Below, piece after piece: positions 1 to 14,081 of a stretch of 64,000 bases of DNA (position 1 is its first letter; every line of letters begins with the position of its first letter). The notes below the pieces were generated by a model. The model ran no database searches and had not been told where the DNA came from. It saw only the letters and a program-made list of their open reading frames with translations. Location: contig NC_042997.1 in NCBI RefSeq assembly GCF_006345805.1, positions 40,672,001-40,736,000 of the forward strand, in the 5' to 3' direction. The DNA comes from Octopus sinensis (lineage: Eukaryota). Made by a program: the position numbers and the translations under genes.

Positions 1-586
1 ATCATGGTCTACTGAAGACGCAGAGTTCGATTCCATTGTGCAATCTTGTCTACGTTTCTTTGTGAAAGTGTGTGGATTAATGTTGATCGCGCGATTGCGG
101 TTCGATTCCTAACCCGAGTAATGCATTGTGTCCTTGAGCAGGGTACTTCATTTCATGTTGCTCCAGTTTACTCATCTGTAATGAATACTAGCCGAGTGCC
201 GATGCAACTCTCTATCTATCTCTTTCACTCTCTCTCTCTCTCCCTTTCTCTCCCTCTCTAGGTCCCTGTCTCTCTGTCTCTCTCTCCCTCCCCTCCTCTC
301 TTTAGTTGTCACGTTTTCGATGTTCTACTGGTTAAGGTAGAAGGGTCTAAAGGACATCCATGTCAACTCACGACTACATAGGGGCCTAAAACAATTAGCG
401 AAGCCTTGGCACAGTTTTGGAAGAGATATATGGTCACGATTCACAATTGACTTTTGTTTTTTTCATATATAACGCCTTATACATAATTTATAAAGCCTTT
501 TTGTACTCTATATCTCACTATGTAAAAATATACTATGCTTCCCTTAATAATTACTACACCATATTTCATTTGTCTTATTTTCACAG

Positions 587-769
587 AGGGACAACTTAGG
601 CCACGTTCAGTCGATTTACAACGAAATGTCAACCGCTACGGACACAGAACCAACCAATATGAGTTACCAAATCTCATACTTCGTCGTGGTCAGCCATTTG
701 AAATACATATTGTGTTTGACCGAAACTTTGTACCATCTGAAGATACAATTGTTCTAAAATTTGTTACTG
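587..769 (+). CDS. TGM: Transglutaminase exon, N-terminal beta-sandwich (EGQLRPRSVD...LILRRGQPFEIHIVFDR...KFVT)
   Basis: ttttcacag acceptor, gtaagt donor at 770; phase 1-1; LRRGQPF motif. Confidence 0.95.
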
Positions 770-1726
770 GTAAGTATCATTTAAACATACATAAATACGC
801 ACGCGCATACACACACACACACACACGCACACACACACAAATACAGAATAATAAAGAATAATTGTCGTCTAAATTACTCAAAAATCAAATTTAGTGACAA
901 GGCCTGCAGTTTTATTTGGTTGAAGGTAAGTCGAAACTATATACACCAGTCCTTGACGGGTACTTTATTTTTTCAACCCCTTGAAGGACGAAAGACAAAG
1001 TTGATCTCTACAGGATTTGAACTCAGAACATAAAGAGTCGTAAGACAAACCGCAAGATATTTTTCCGTTGGTCTAACAATTCAGTCAACTTACTATTTTG
1101 TACTAGCTATCTAAGGGTTTGAAGCTATTGACTAAAGAGTTTTCTCCCTGCATCAAAAAGAAATCATAGTGATATTTTATAAAGTTTGGTTTAAGATAGA
1201 TTACTGTTAGATATTTTATTAAACCCCTTTAGGATGCCATTTCCGAACATAGAAAGGATCAAAATACTGTAATACGGGAAATAAACAAATATCTCTATTC
1301 CCTATTATTCCCTCCTCGGTGTGTTTATGTGAATGTGTATGTATCTTTTGCCTGTCTGCCTGTGTGTGTGTATGTATGTATGTATGTGTATGTATGCAAG
1401 TACATATGTATGTGTGTGTGTGTTTGTATGTATGCATGTATGTATGTATGTGTGTATGCATGACATCTAATCAAAAACACATGTCCGCAGCCTTCCTCTT
1501 TCCTCCAGAGACAATCAGACTGTCCTTCCGTTAATTACAGTCAATTTTGATGAATTCTTGACTTTTGAAATTCGTTTCCCTCATGATTATCAAGGTGATT
1601 CTGAAATTCGAAAGAAGCACAACAGGTCATGTGACTGTCGTAATCTGAATAAATAATCAAAATTCTACATTGTACTCTATGTTTTTGAGTATTATACTAC
1701 ATACACACGCACACACTCACACACAT

Positions 1727-1781
<55 letters not shown>

Positions 1782-3289
1782 CATATATCTATATATAAAC
1801 ATATAAAGATGGCAAGTATTTCGTTATAAAACGCTTATTCTTATTGTTGTTAATGTATGTTGTTTATCCTCATGTCGTTCCAATCGTGACTATCGAGTCC
1901 TTTTGTGTACCTAGTACTACATTATCCAATGCGTCCTTCACTTTTTAAACAGCACTGTGACTTGATAGGAATTTGACTGTCATTTCTGTCGGGCCGGTTA
2001 ATTACGCAGATGCCGGTTATTGTTTAAAGGGTGTTGCACTGCAATTAAAATAAACTTGCATTAACCGATAATTGAAATTCACCTTCACGTGAGCTGAGCA
2101 GTTTCGTTGTGACATTAGCCTCTTCTTTTGTCTACAAATATTGGCATTTGTTAAGTCAGCTAAAATAAATATGGATGAAAGCATGAAGGATTTCGATGAA
2201 CAGATCCTTTGATATACTGCGTCGTGGATTTGTTGAACGTTCTGATTATCATTTGTAGCCACTTCACTTCTGCATCACTAATACTTTGGAGAAATCCATT
2301 GAATTAATAGAATGCCATTTTCAAGTTACGTATTGAAAAAAACTTTTCCTAGTTATGCATTAACTAACAACAATAGCATTACTAGAATATTCCAGTGAAA
2401 ATCCTAATATGTAATATAAACATGGACGCTCTGAATATATTTCAATTACGTAATTTCCTCTTCTAAATTGACTACCGTTTCTAGAAAATTATTCTGATAG
2501 CAATCGTTATGTCGATAGTAGATAGATGTCTTTCAACTACGTCTGTCATCTGATAGAAAGGAATTATTCACATATAAAGGACTTCGTTTACAGTTTATAG
2601 AATAAATAATTGACTAGCATGTGTCACAATTTATTTCTTTTCATACAGAATACAATATCTTATTATAAGCTTTAGTCATATACTACACACAGTCTGTTCT
2701 AGTATTTATATATGTGAGTCCGTATGAAGGTATGTACAAATGTATGTGTGCATGTATACATACATATAACTATATATATCTATATATAGATAGATAAACA
2801 CACACACATCTACATATATGTGTGTGTATATATATATATATATATAATTTACTGCTCCGTTATTGATGGGAGCAACAAAAATGTGCTCTATCCTGAGAGA
2901 GATAAATATCATTTAATATACCTAGTATTTAAGTTCGAGCTATTATTAGTTTCATACTATGAAAATACAATAAGCTACAAAGCTTGTGTAGTATATCTTA
3001 TGTTTTCAAGCAATCTTTCTCAACAAATTACACAACATGGCTTCTCGTGATGAAAAGTGACAGAGGACGCTGGTCTCTGAGAAGACGCGAGAAAGGAGGA
3101 TAGGAAGGTAATAGCAAAAAGTGCAATGAGAAAAATTCAAATAATGGAATAAGAAAAATGGAACAGTAAAAGAAAATCAAGCGTTACGACCTTTTCCCCC
3201 GTTCGAATTAAAATTAATAATGTTAGCATAAATTTAATTAATTCAAAGATACCTAATAGATGGATACTGATACAAAAATCTGATTTTCT

Positions 3290-5843
3290 ACAGAAAGTCT
3301 TTAATATGCACATTGATTAAAAAACTGTGGGACGCCTGACTGACACACCAAATTGGCTTACTCTAGCACGGACAGATCTTGCAACCAAGAATGAAACCAC
3401 CAATTTGGCAGGAAATTATAGGCACATAGCTTGCCTAGACATTATTTACAGGCTTTATGCAAGCTCTCTCGACCATTTCTTCCAAGATCATTGAGTTCAT
3501 CAATATAGTGACTAATGTGCAGTAAAATGAGAAGGAGGAAGAGCGATAATATACCAAGCAACATTTGATTAACCCGTTCTGTATAAAGTAAGGTAACACC
3601 GAAGAAGACTTAGCACAGTGTTGCTTGATTATAGGTATGCATTAGACTGAAGTCTCTGAATTGGGCCTAAATACATGCTTCCTTAGTTGCTGCCATTGAG
3701 ATGTTCCCAATGACCTGGAAAACAATCCTCATATTTACAAATACGAGCAGAACTATCGTCACCGATGTCTTGCGGTAATTCTTTTATTTTAGCACTAAAT
3801 CTGTTGTCCTTTTACTACAAAAATCTAATAGTCACATGCTAGACTCTGCAAGTGCCAGAGAAACCAATGAAGTCCATAATTTCTTTGTAGATTATCTGAA
3901 ATGCTAAAACGAAGCAGAAAAAATGCAGTTAGAGTTCATAACATATTTTTAAGTGATATAGGAATGGAATTTGGTCAAAATAAGTATTTGCATTTGATCG
4001 TTGGACTTGAAATATCAGTTACCCACACCCAAAGCTTGAGCACTAAGTTTCTCTCTATACCTCCTGTCCCATACAAAGAATACTACGAATATCTGGGCAT
4101 TGCTTAAAATAAATCACACGAATAAGATATGGCAGTCGAAATTCTCCTCTTACAACATGATAGTATAACACAATACATTTACAGTACCAATGCCGACACC
4201 AACATTTGGGATAGTTGACTGTTTGTAGAAGGAACCCACTCCACAGATATTAAAACCTGCAATAACCTGGCATCAGCTGGAAGCTTACACAGAATCAGTG
4301 ATATCGATAGGCTTTACGTAAGATGGGATGAAGCGGTAGACAAATTTCGAATATTGTGTAGTATCTCTCAGACAGCACCTGCAAAGCAACATCAGTAAAA
4401 ATAAAGCTATAAGTCTAGAGTCGAAAAGCGAAGAGAAAAACAGCCAGAGTGAGCTCCTCATGAACTTAATCTCTTCCTGACGACATCCCATAAGACTCCC
4501 GAATAGCTGGACTAACAAGACTCATAGAACACCTGAATGTGAAACGCTCAGTAGGAGTGGCTGTGTGGTAAGTAGCTTGCTAACCAACCACATGGTTCCG
4601 GGTTCAGTCCCACTGCGTGGCATCTTGGGCAAGTGTCTTCTGCTATAGCCCCGGGCCGACCAATGCCTTGTGAGTTTATTTGGTAGACGGAAACTGAAAG
4701 AAGCCTGTCGTATATATGTATATATATATGTATATGTATGTGTGTTTGTGTGTCTGTTTTTGTCCCCTCAACATCGCTTGACAACCGATGATGGTGTGTT
4801 TACGTCCCCGTCACTTAGCGGTTAGGCAAAAGAGACCGATAGAATAAGTACTGGGCTTACAAAGAATAAGTTCCGGGGTCGATTTGCTCGACTAAAGGCG
4901 GTGCTCCAGCATGGCCGCAGTCAAATGACTGAAACAAGTAAAAGAGTAAAGAGTATATATATATATAAAGAAAAACACCATGCATAGACTTGAAGATGAC
5001 ACTAATATCGAAATTAAGTGCAACCTCTTTTTCGACTTGTGACCGCTACATCACAGCACTCTTCGAATGCTCTTGTAACTCAAAAGTAGGAGTTTGCTAC
5101 AAAAATCTAATAAACAAAAGAGGCAGTGAAGCCATTGAAACACCAACATGCATCAGAAAATATTGATTATATCACATTTTCGTGGAAGGTATCACATGTG
5201 ACCAGCAGCTGTTCAAAGATATCATCAATATACTACCTCGCAAAGCGACACGATGTTCTCTCTAAAACAATATACAATGTTATTCGAAAAAAGACTGTCC
5301 TGGAATATAGAGAATTTTGTTATTGAAAACATATATAAACATCACAAAGAATATTTGTAGAACATTTCCATCAAAACTTTTACAAGCGCAAATATAAAAA
5401 AAAACAATTGTAGTTCCTTGGGACAGGCAAGAAAATTATTTACTGTTATTGAGTTCAGTTTCCCTGCTTATGTGAATATCTCGACGAACAAGAAGAGGAT
5501 AACTATGAATTACTTCTTCAAGACATTCAGCTACTACACCCAGATTATAAATTCATATTTATAAAAATTATAACAGGCGTACCTGGTTTTGTTAGTAAAT
5601 GTCTAATTAACAACCTGAAAAAGCTAGGATTTTCAGAGGAAGAAACCAGTCTACTGTCACCAACTTTACAAATTCAGTCTGTAAGTGGAACAGTGATAAT
5701 GTGCAAGGCTTTCTCAAGTTCAACATAGGGCATTGCTTTTGTTATCGACATTCCAGGGATTGAGCTTTGTATCTTTGTTAGACACCAGCTTCTTCATTGC
5801 AGGAAGACTTCACATATGTAATTAAGAATAGCAGAGACCTTAA
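3290..5843 (+). mobile_element. Degenerate R4/Dong-like (RLE-type) non-LTR retrotransposon, interrupted by a SINE at 4552-4953; boundaries approximate
   Basis: Frame-broken peptides PNWLTL...GNYRHIACL, SDIGMEFGQNK, YEYLGI, SDIDRLYV, HVTSSCSKISSIYYLAKRHD, HPDYKF...LKKLGFS...LQIQSVSGTV; followed by (TACA)n. Confidence 0.7.
4552..4953 (+). mobile_element. Composite tRNA-derived SINE (family AB: tRNA-like head, CORE-like TTGGGCAAGT, internal TA/TG microsatellite, 3' module ending GACTGAAACAAGTAAAAGAG)
   Basis: A-box-like TGGCTGTGTGG and B-box-like GGTTCAGTCCC; near-identical copies elsewhere in the window. Confidence 0.85.
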
Positions 5844-7735
5844 ATACATACATACATACATACATACATACATGCATACATACATACATACATACATTCG
5901 TGAGTATACATTTTTGCATCTCCAGCAAGAAATCCTTGGGATAGGTCAGATAATAATTTCGTAGATAATTCCATTGTTTCTCTTGTGATGAAAAAAAAAA
6001 TCATAATGAAGAGTTGTTTACGCTATTTGGCAATATCTTCAGACGGTTTGTAAATTTCGAGAAAAACTATTTCTTCATGTTTTCGTTCTTTTTTTTTCTT
6101 TGCTGACGAAATAAATTTATGAATAAATATATGATTGTAAATCAGTTTTATAGTTTGACCTAAAAAGGAAACAAAAAAAAAGTTAAAGAAAAAGTGAAAC
6201 CTTACAAAATATTCGTAGGAACTAATTCTACACTTCGGAATAAAATTTGAATTTTTTCTTTCTACTTCTTTTATTTTTGTGGATATTCGGTATAGGAAAA
6301 TTATATTCCGTGCTTTATGTTTTTCATTTATTTTATTTATTTGATTTTCTTTTCTTTATCTTTCTTTTATCTTTAAAAATAAATTGTAACGTATTTTTTC
6401 ACTAACAAAACAGTATTACTGACTGCAGCTTTAAGGTTAGCAGAAACAACGAATATAGTTGCTCGAAAGTTTAATATCCACAGGCAATACATATCTCTTT
6501 TTTCTTTTTTCGGTATAATAATTCATTTTATTAATATAAAAGGTTAGATTCGTGATGGTTTTAATTTCAGTTCACTGACATAACTGAAATACATTTTTAC
6601 CTGAAGAGATCTAGGTCATTGGCTTCAAATTTTAAATTTACAGCCCTCAACCAATTGCCAGAACAGTTTTATCTTATCTGGCTTTTTTTCCTAACTACAG
6701 CGAACAGCGTCTATTATGTAGCCTCCTCACATTCATCCTTCACCGATTATATTCCGCAATTCCTCTGAGTGATATTACATTAATAAATATAGCACCTATA
6801 TGACAATATATTTGCCAAATCCTCTTGAGCCATCTCGCATGGTTAAGAGTACTGTATACGCGTATATAAAACATAACACATAAATGATTGCATTCATTGA
6901 AACTGATCTTTTCAATATGCAATTTTTATTGCTACTTCCAAATCCTTTCAACGTGAAGTCAATATCCAATCATGTTTCCCAAGTGTTTGAACGTTTCACT
7001 ACGTAAAGAAAAACGTTGATTTGAATAAGCTTGATTTGTTCGACACTAACCTTTCTGTATTGTAGTGCAAATAATACAACTATTTATTAGTAATAAAATT
7101 ATAGTTATTGATTGATGAGTTCACTGAGTGTCAAGACTGAATGCTCAGGGGCATAGAACTGTTTAAAACATAAAACTGCTGCATGAACTGCTACTATGCA
7201 TTTAACAAAATTAAAACTAATTCAATTAGATTCCAATATAGTTTTGTGCTGTATTGTATAACGGAAGCGTATATCACTCTATTCATTCTTTTTCTGTGAT
7301 AGATTCAGTTTTAATTTGACGGTTCAACTAATGGGACAAATTGTCGTTATTGCAATCATGGCTGTTGTCCTTACAATTATGGTTGTATCATTTGTTTTCA
7401 TTAGCCAATTGACTTTCAATCAACTGACAAGATCTCTGCTTTCCTGCTTTGTTCTGAGCAAGCAGCTTCTTAATATTCTGTCCGCAACATCATGCTTGTA
7501 TTACAAAGCATGACCAATAATTAAATCATCTTTTCTCTTACCATTTTAAAAGATTATAAATATCCGAATTCTTCAGATCCATAAGTGGCGCTAGCGTACT
7601 TGATGTATCAAGCCAATTATTTTTAATTAGAATTACACCTTCTGTAGAGTGAATAATGATTATACAGGGTGGTGCACGAGAAAGTAACCCGGGTTCCATA
7701 GTATAGTGTACATGCAGAAGGAAATTTACATATAC

Positions 7736-7771
<36 letters not shown>

Positions 7772-7844
7772 CACACACACACGCACGCACACACACACAA
7801 ACGCGTCAGCATACATGTACACTGCAACATAATTTCTTTTCCTC

Positions 7845-8130
7845 AACAGGCCCTACCCTATTTAACATTGTCCCGAAAGAGATCAAAGCGGAAAAGGATC
7901 CCATCAACTTTAAACGGGGTCTGGATAGATTCCTTCAAGGAATACCAGATAAGCCACCCGTAATTGGATACAACTCACCCAACAAAAACTCACTACTTGA
8001 ATGGACCATAAACAAAACTTGACTTAAACAGGATTCAAATAATCCTATCAGGTGGTGCTATTAAGTTAGACATGGCCTGGACCAATCTTTGGTCGAAACA
8101 TATCTAAGTTTATCTAAGTCTAAGTTTATA
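7845..8130 (+). mobile_element. 3' fragment of a CR1/L2-group LINE (ORF2 C-terminus plus tail)
   Basis: GPTLFNIVPKEIK...FKRGLDRFLQGIPDKP...GY...NSLLEW, stop at 8020-8022, ends in short TCTAAGT-type repeats. Confidence 0.65.
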
Positions 8131-8191
8131 TATTTATGAAAATGTAGATATTTTTGCTAATGAAGAAATGAATTCTATCGTCTTTTTGCAG

Positions 8192-8452
8192 GAAGCCGTC
8201 CACTTCAAAGTAAAGGTACAGTGGTTTCTGTAAATCGCGTTCAAGAACTGAAATCGAACCAATGGGGTTACGAAATAACCAGTGTAGAAGAAAAGAAAGT
8301 GGCTATGCGAGTTAGCTCGGCGTCTGATTGTATTGTTGGTAGATACCAGTTTTATGTGGATACATGCCGTGGGAACCAGCAAAATGCCGTTGATAGCTAC
8401 CGCTTTAAGAACCCTGATGATATTTACATCCTTTTTAACCCATGGAGTCCAG
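8192..8452 (+). CDS. TGM: Transglutaminase exon (GSRPLQSKGT...DCIVGRYQFYV...IYILFNPWSP)
   Basis: tttttgcag acceptor, gtatga donor; phase 1-1; IVGRY and YILFNPW motifs. Confidence 0.96.
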
Positions 8453-9384
8453 GTATGATTATTTTAATCTACATGTATTAAGATATATGTACGTCTGCTT
8501 TTGATATGTAAGCGTGTTTTAACATTAGTATTTATCAATGTTTCTTTAGATGCTGTTGAAAATGCTTCTAGATATACAGCCATGTAAACGTTAACAAATG
8601 TCAGTAACGGACTCCCTGTGAGAAATTGTTTAATAAAAATGCAGACAGAATAACATTTCTAATTAATTCTAATCTACATCAAAATGTCTCCAAAATTTAC
8701 TAAATTTTGGATTCTTTTCATAAAATTTATATTTTTATAATCTTGAAGAAATTTCCAACAGGTGTATGGTAGATGTGTGTGTGGTGTGTGTGTGTGTGTA
8801 TCTTTTGTTCGAATCATTAGACTACTGTCTTGACAGATTTAGTCGAACAAATCGATTCCAGTACTTATTTTTAAAATCTCGTACTTATTCTATCGGGGTT
8901 GTTTTTGTCGAACCTCTAAGTTACAGAGACGTAAAAACCATCATCAGATGTCAAGTGGTGATGGGAGATAAACACAACAAAAGCACAAGCACACATGTAT
9001 ACACGCGTGCGTGCGCCCGCACAAGCGCACACATATACGCATACATACATGCACACACACATTCACACACACACACACACCTATATGAGAGGTAATATTT
9101 ATCTCCACTTAAACATGGATGTTCTGTTAGAACAAACTATACTGTGGTAGTTACCATGAGAGAAACTCTCATTATGGCTTTCTGGTGCAAAATACACTCT
9201 TGTTTATATCGGGGAGATTAATCCCCATAATCTGTAGCTGCGGGATCATCAGATCACGTGATTTCGATCTTGTTTGGTATTGTTCATGATGGACACTCGA
9301 CCGCTAGTGCAGCGGCAATTCATCTTCCACCAGCGATATATAGATTGGCAGTGCTAGAACAGGTGCTGGTGTGGCGATTAGCCA

Positions 9385-9730
9385 GTTAGCTTACTCTTTT
9401 ACTTGTTTCAGTCATTTGACTGTGGCCATGCTAGAGCACCACCTTTTTAGTCGAGCAAATCGACCCCAGGACTTATTCTTTGTAAGAATCGGTTGTTAAG
9501 CAATGCTAGGGGGAAAAACACAGACTCACAAACATATACACATACATATATATATATACATATATATGACGGGCTTCTTTCAGGTTCCATCTACCAAATC
9601 CACTCACAAGGCTTTGCTCGGCCTGAGGCTATAGTAGAAGACACTTGCCCAAGGTGCCACGCAGTGGAACTGAACCCGAAACCATGTGGTTCGTAAGCAA
9701 GTTACTTAGCACACAGCCACTCCTGCGCTT
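9385..9730 (-). mobile_element. SINE family AB copy with internal deletion
   Basis: Reverse complement of 4552-4953 lacking part of the 3' module. Confidence 0.8.
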
Positions 9731-9952
9731 GTTAAAAAATATTTATTAACATGTATGATTAGGTCCTCAAGTATGAAATTTGTAGTAAGGTATATGGTAA
9801 ACTTTGACAGCTGCTCATTTTGCGCCATTACTATATTTTGACAATCTTTTTTTTTGTTAGAAAATTACTTAAGCAATTATTTATCTTTATTTATTTCCTT
9901 TTACGTACTTGTTTCACATTAAGTGAAATCTATAACGTTTGTCCTTTTTCAG

Positions 9953-10071
9953 CTGATAATGTCTATTTGGAAGACGAGGATGAACGTCAACATCACTGCC
10001 TTAGTGAAACTGGACGTATTTGGTTGGGGACTGTTGGAAAATTTTGTGTAAGACCGTGGAACTTTGCCCAG
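9953..10071 (+). CDS. TGM: Transglutaminase exon (ADNVYLEDEDERQHHCLSETGRIWLG...PWNFAQ)
   Basis: cctttttcag acceptor, gtatag donor; phase 1-0; matches the family D-VY...GRI...WNFGQ segment. Confidence 0.95.
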
Positions 10072-10164
10072 GTATAGAACATTTGTATTGTCGGTCTATT
10101 TTTACCTTCTGTGCTCTCAGCTGTGATATTTTTTTTTCATTGTTTTCTCTTTTTATGAAAGCAC

Positions 10165-10369
10165 ATGTACTCTTTCACTCTTTCACTTGTTTCAGTCATT
10201 TGACTGCGGCCATGCTGGAGCACCGCCTTTAGTCGAGCAAATCGACCCCAGGACTTATTCTTTGTAAGCCTAGTACTTATTCTATCAGTCTCTTTTGCCG
10301 AACCGCTAAGTTACGGGGACGTAAACACACCAGCATCGGTTGTCAAGCGATGTTGGGGGGACAAAACCA

Positions 10370-10415
<46 letters not shown>

Positions 10416-10612
10416 CATATACATATATATGACGGGCTTCTTTCAGTTACCGTCTATCAAATCCACTCACAAGGCTTTGGTCGGCTCGATGCTTGCCCGA
10501 GACACTTGCCTATGGTCGACCCGAGACACTTGCCCAAGATGCCACGCAGTGGGATTGAACCCGGAACCATGTGGTCGGTAAGCAAGCTACTTACCACACA
10601 GCCACTCCTGCG
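10165..10612 (-). mobile_element. SINE family AB copy
   Basis: Reverse complement of 4552-4953 with a (CA)/(TA) linker and a small internal GACACTTGCC duplication. Confidence 0.85.
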
Positions 10613-11438
10613 CCTTATGTTTAGTACAAGTAACGCAGAGTGTTGGTAAGTTCCTGCAAGTTAAGTCTACGATTAATTCGATTCCATATCAAATATTATA
10701 CTTCATATACTCTTCACCTAATGCATATTTGTGAGTGTATGACCACGCGTCTCTTCTGTACAGTTTCAAATCAAAGAATATCCATAAAATCACATTTAAT
10801 GTATTTTAACTTATTATCTCATACTATACTGCTATAGGTATCTATACTGCTTTCTTCCCCTTTTCTATATTCTGTGCTATTTAGTGCAATTTGAATATAA
10901 TGTTGAAATATTCGTAAACCTATATTTTACGAAAGCTTTACGCGCCATTCCTTACATTATTTATCCGGTTATTCTCAGTTGCACAATTCTGACGCTGGCA
11001 TAGGCTCTGGAAGAGAGAGTGCAAGGGGTGCAAAAGCACTCACTAAAATATTTGGGGGACAATGAAACATCCTAGATTGGGCAGGGTTTTTTCACCCACT
11101 AAGCAAATGTCCTTCCCGCACTTATGGACGCTAGTTGTACATACAATCCATATACTCATATCCAAGTGTTGAAACGCTCATATATATTTGCATACACCTA
11201 CGTCTGTGTTCACATACTCATACATCTACACACTCATGCATAGTTACTGAGTTGATTAAGTTACTGTATCATACGTTGCGCTTTTGATGGTTTGGTTATC
11301 TTCCTGCTGTTCATTTTTATGTATTTTGTGTGTGTATGTGACCTGTAAGATTAATATGGTTGTCATTAGAATTGCAGATTCATACGCATATCCGTATAGG
11401 GCTATAATATTCTTTAATTTCTTCCATTATACTTCCAG

Positions 11439-11546
11439 TTTGATGACGTGTGCCTTATGGCAGCTCTCGCTTTAATGGACAAGTCGGAACTCGGAGACCA
11501 AGCTAGAGGCTGTCCCATTCGTGTTGTCCGAGCTCTGTGTAGAGCA
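11439..11546 (+). CDS. TGM: Transglutaminase exon (FDDVCLMAALALMDKSELGDQARGCPIRVVRALCRA)
   Basis: cttccag acceptor, gtatgt donor; phase 0-0; aligns with the family F...RGDPV-V-R-ISA segment. Confidence 0.92.
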
Positions 11547-12535
11547 GTATGTATTATTGTGTTTTTCTTCGTATTTTTTAAACAGAAAATAGTGCAAAAA
11601 ATAATGCTTCTAACATCTAATGTATATCTGTCCCTATTTAAAATTTCCCCTTCTTAAATACTCTACCGAATTATAAATCTTAATGGAAATTATAATGAAC
11701 ATTAATGTACTTTCTTCACCTTGGGATAGACTTTGCAGTCTTGAATGCAGATTATTTCACATCATAATATTCTTATACATTTTATTTTGCTGAATGTATT
11801 TAGGCCGCTCACACTTGGCCACTTACAACTTTATAAGCTTCTCGCGCGTAATTTTACACCATCACAAGTGATGTCTTCCTATTTGGTGTATTTTATCATT
11901 ACACAATCAAGAAGGTATATTAAACGGATTATAATTCCATCTTTTCACACTATCTAAATCTTTGTCTTGAATATTAACACGTCTTAACAGCAATGCTTCT
12001 TTATAACTCTTCACTGTGAGAAACTGATACATTATTATATTAATTCTCGAAGTATTTTTATCACGATAGCAATACACCTTTATCATAAACTATAAATGTT
12101 CTTCAAATAGAATATTAACACAACTAACTATATGATCTGATATATTCAAGGTATGCTGATGATACTGCATCACCGTATGATACATTATCCTATCAGCATG
12201 AAATTACATTTATGTCTTTGCAATGCAACATTGATACATCAAAATTTTATAATATTCATATGTTCACAATATGTGACATCAGTATGAAACAAATGTGCTA
12301 TGGAATTTGATTTATACAATAATTCTGAATGTGTTTCTCTAAGGATTAAAATACTGCTTAGAAAGATTTTAGATGTTTTTTTTTTTTTGTTTTTTTGGAC
12401 TGTGATGTTGTTTTTCTAAACATAATTTCTTGATGATTAAATTTAAGCAAGATGAAATCAATTACATATTTAATTTTCTTCTGATTACACCTTTTTCAGC
12501 AGTCATACTTTAATACATGTTCTATCGAATTTCAG

Positions 12536-12713
12536 ATCAATAATAACGAACGTGATGGTGGTGTTCTAGTTGGTAACTGGTCAGGAAAATATGACGATGG
12601 TATGGCTCCCTATGCTTGGAATGGTAGTGCTGCAATTTTGGAAGAATTCCTTAAGAAACGGAAAGGAGTAAAGTTCGGCCAGTGCTGGACATTTTCGGCT
12701 GTTGCAACTACTA
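12536..12713 (+). CDS. TGM: Transglutaminase exon carrying the catalytic Cys (INNNERDGGVLVGNWSGKY...FGQCWTFSAVATT); Cys codon 12683-12685
   Basis: tttcag acceptor, gtatgt donor; phase 0-1; GNWSG and GQCW motifs. This exon is missed by the ORF track. Confidence 0.97.
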
Positions 12714-13574
12714 GTATGTTATCATCTTAAGTAAAATTTGTTTCGTCTAATGTTTTAATATATCAGAGACACTATATTTATCTTATTATGTACGTTTGTA
12801 TACTATTCTGTAGAATATCTATGTTAGCATATGCTATACTATATACAAAATAATATGATTTACTTAGACGTATATTATATGTTGTTGTATAAGTATACAC
12901 AAATTGGCCAAAATACAGAACTGGAACAAAATACAATAATAAGAAGGAAGTAACTCTGGGTCCCACTTTTACTTCTACAATCTCTCTAGTGCTGATGGCA
13001 CAACAGAATGTCATCATTACACACTGCAAAGTGGTTGATGGCAGGAAGGATTTCCACCAGCCGAAAATATCAGAAATCGATGGCACAAAGATTTGTGAAC
13101 GTCATCTGAGAGGGCAATAAATAATTTAAGGGCTGCTGCAAGCAAAACTTCTAGAAACAATAGCACGACAAAGTTGACACATTCTATGTTGAAACTCCTT
13201 TGTTAAAATGAAGAATACCGAGCCTTAAGATAAACATTAAAAGCCACAACAACAAAGTTGACCAATTATCACTGACAAAGCAGGTATCTTTCTGAAACAT
13301 CAAACCCATGTAAGCGTGGAAAAGCGAGCATTAAATGATAATGATGTTGATGAGTTTATCACAGAATATTTAATCGCCAGAATAGACTACAAATAGTTTC
13401 CTGAACATATTGCCACCATTTACTCGTTAGACGCACAAACAATATACAATCGTCTTGAGTGAAACGCAAAAAGTAAGGACATCCGTTGTGTCACGGAGAA
13501 TTTTTTAGAACCTAAGTCGTGTTATTTGAAGAATTTTGTTTCCTTTTTTAAGTGTTGATATTAGGTGCATTCAT

Positions 13575-13990
13575 AGGGCAGCGTGCTGACGGAATTGTTA
13601 GTACGCCGGGCAAATTCTTAGCGGTATTTTGTCTGCCGTTACGTTCTGAATTCAAATTCCGCCGACGTCGACTTTGCCTTTCATTCTTTCGGGGTCGATT
13701 AAATAAGTACCAGTTACGCACCAGTGCGTATAATCGACTTAATCCGTTTGTCTGTCCTTGTTTGTCCCTTCTGTGTTTAGCCCCTTGTGGGTAGCAAAGA
13801 AATAGGTATTTTGTCAGGCCGTACATTCTGAATTAAAATTTCACCCAGGTCCATTTTGCCTTCCATCCATTCGGGGGATGGGGGTCAATAAAATAAGTAC
13901 CCGTTGAGTACTGAGATCGATGTAATCGACTTATCCCCCTCCTCCCAAAACTGTTGACCTTGTGTGCCAAAAATTGAAATCGATATTAAG
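13575..13990 (+). mobile_element. SINE family C, tail-1 copy (to 13804), followed directly by the remainder of an older tail-2 copy
   Basis: GTCGACTTTGCCTTTCAT...GGGGTCGATTAAATAAGTACC core; tail ends AAAGAAATA, then GGTATTTTGTC resumes the SINE body. Confidence 0.8.
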
Positions 13991-14047
13991 ATGCATGCAT
14001 ATCTGTGAATACAGACGCGCCACACGCCACCACACGCGTGCGCACCT

Positions 14048-14081
<34 letters not shown>

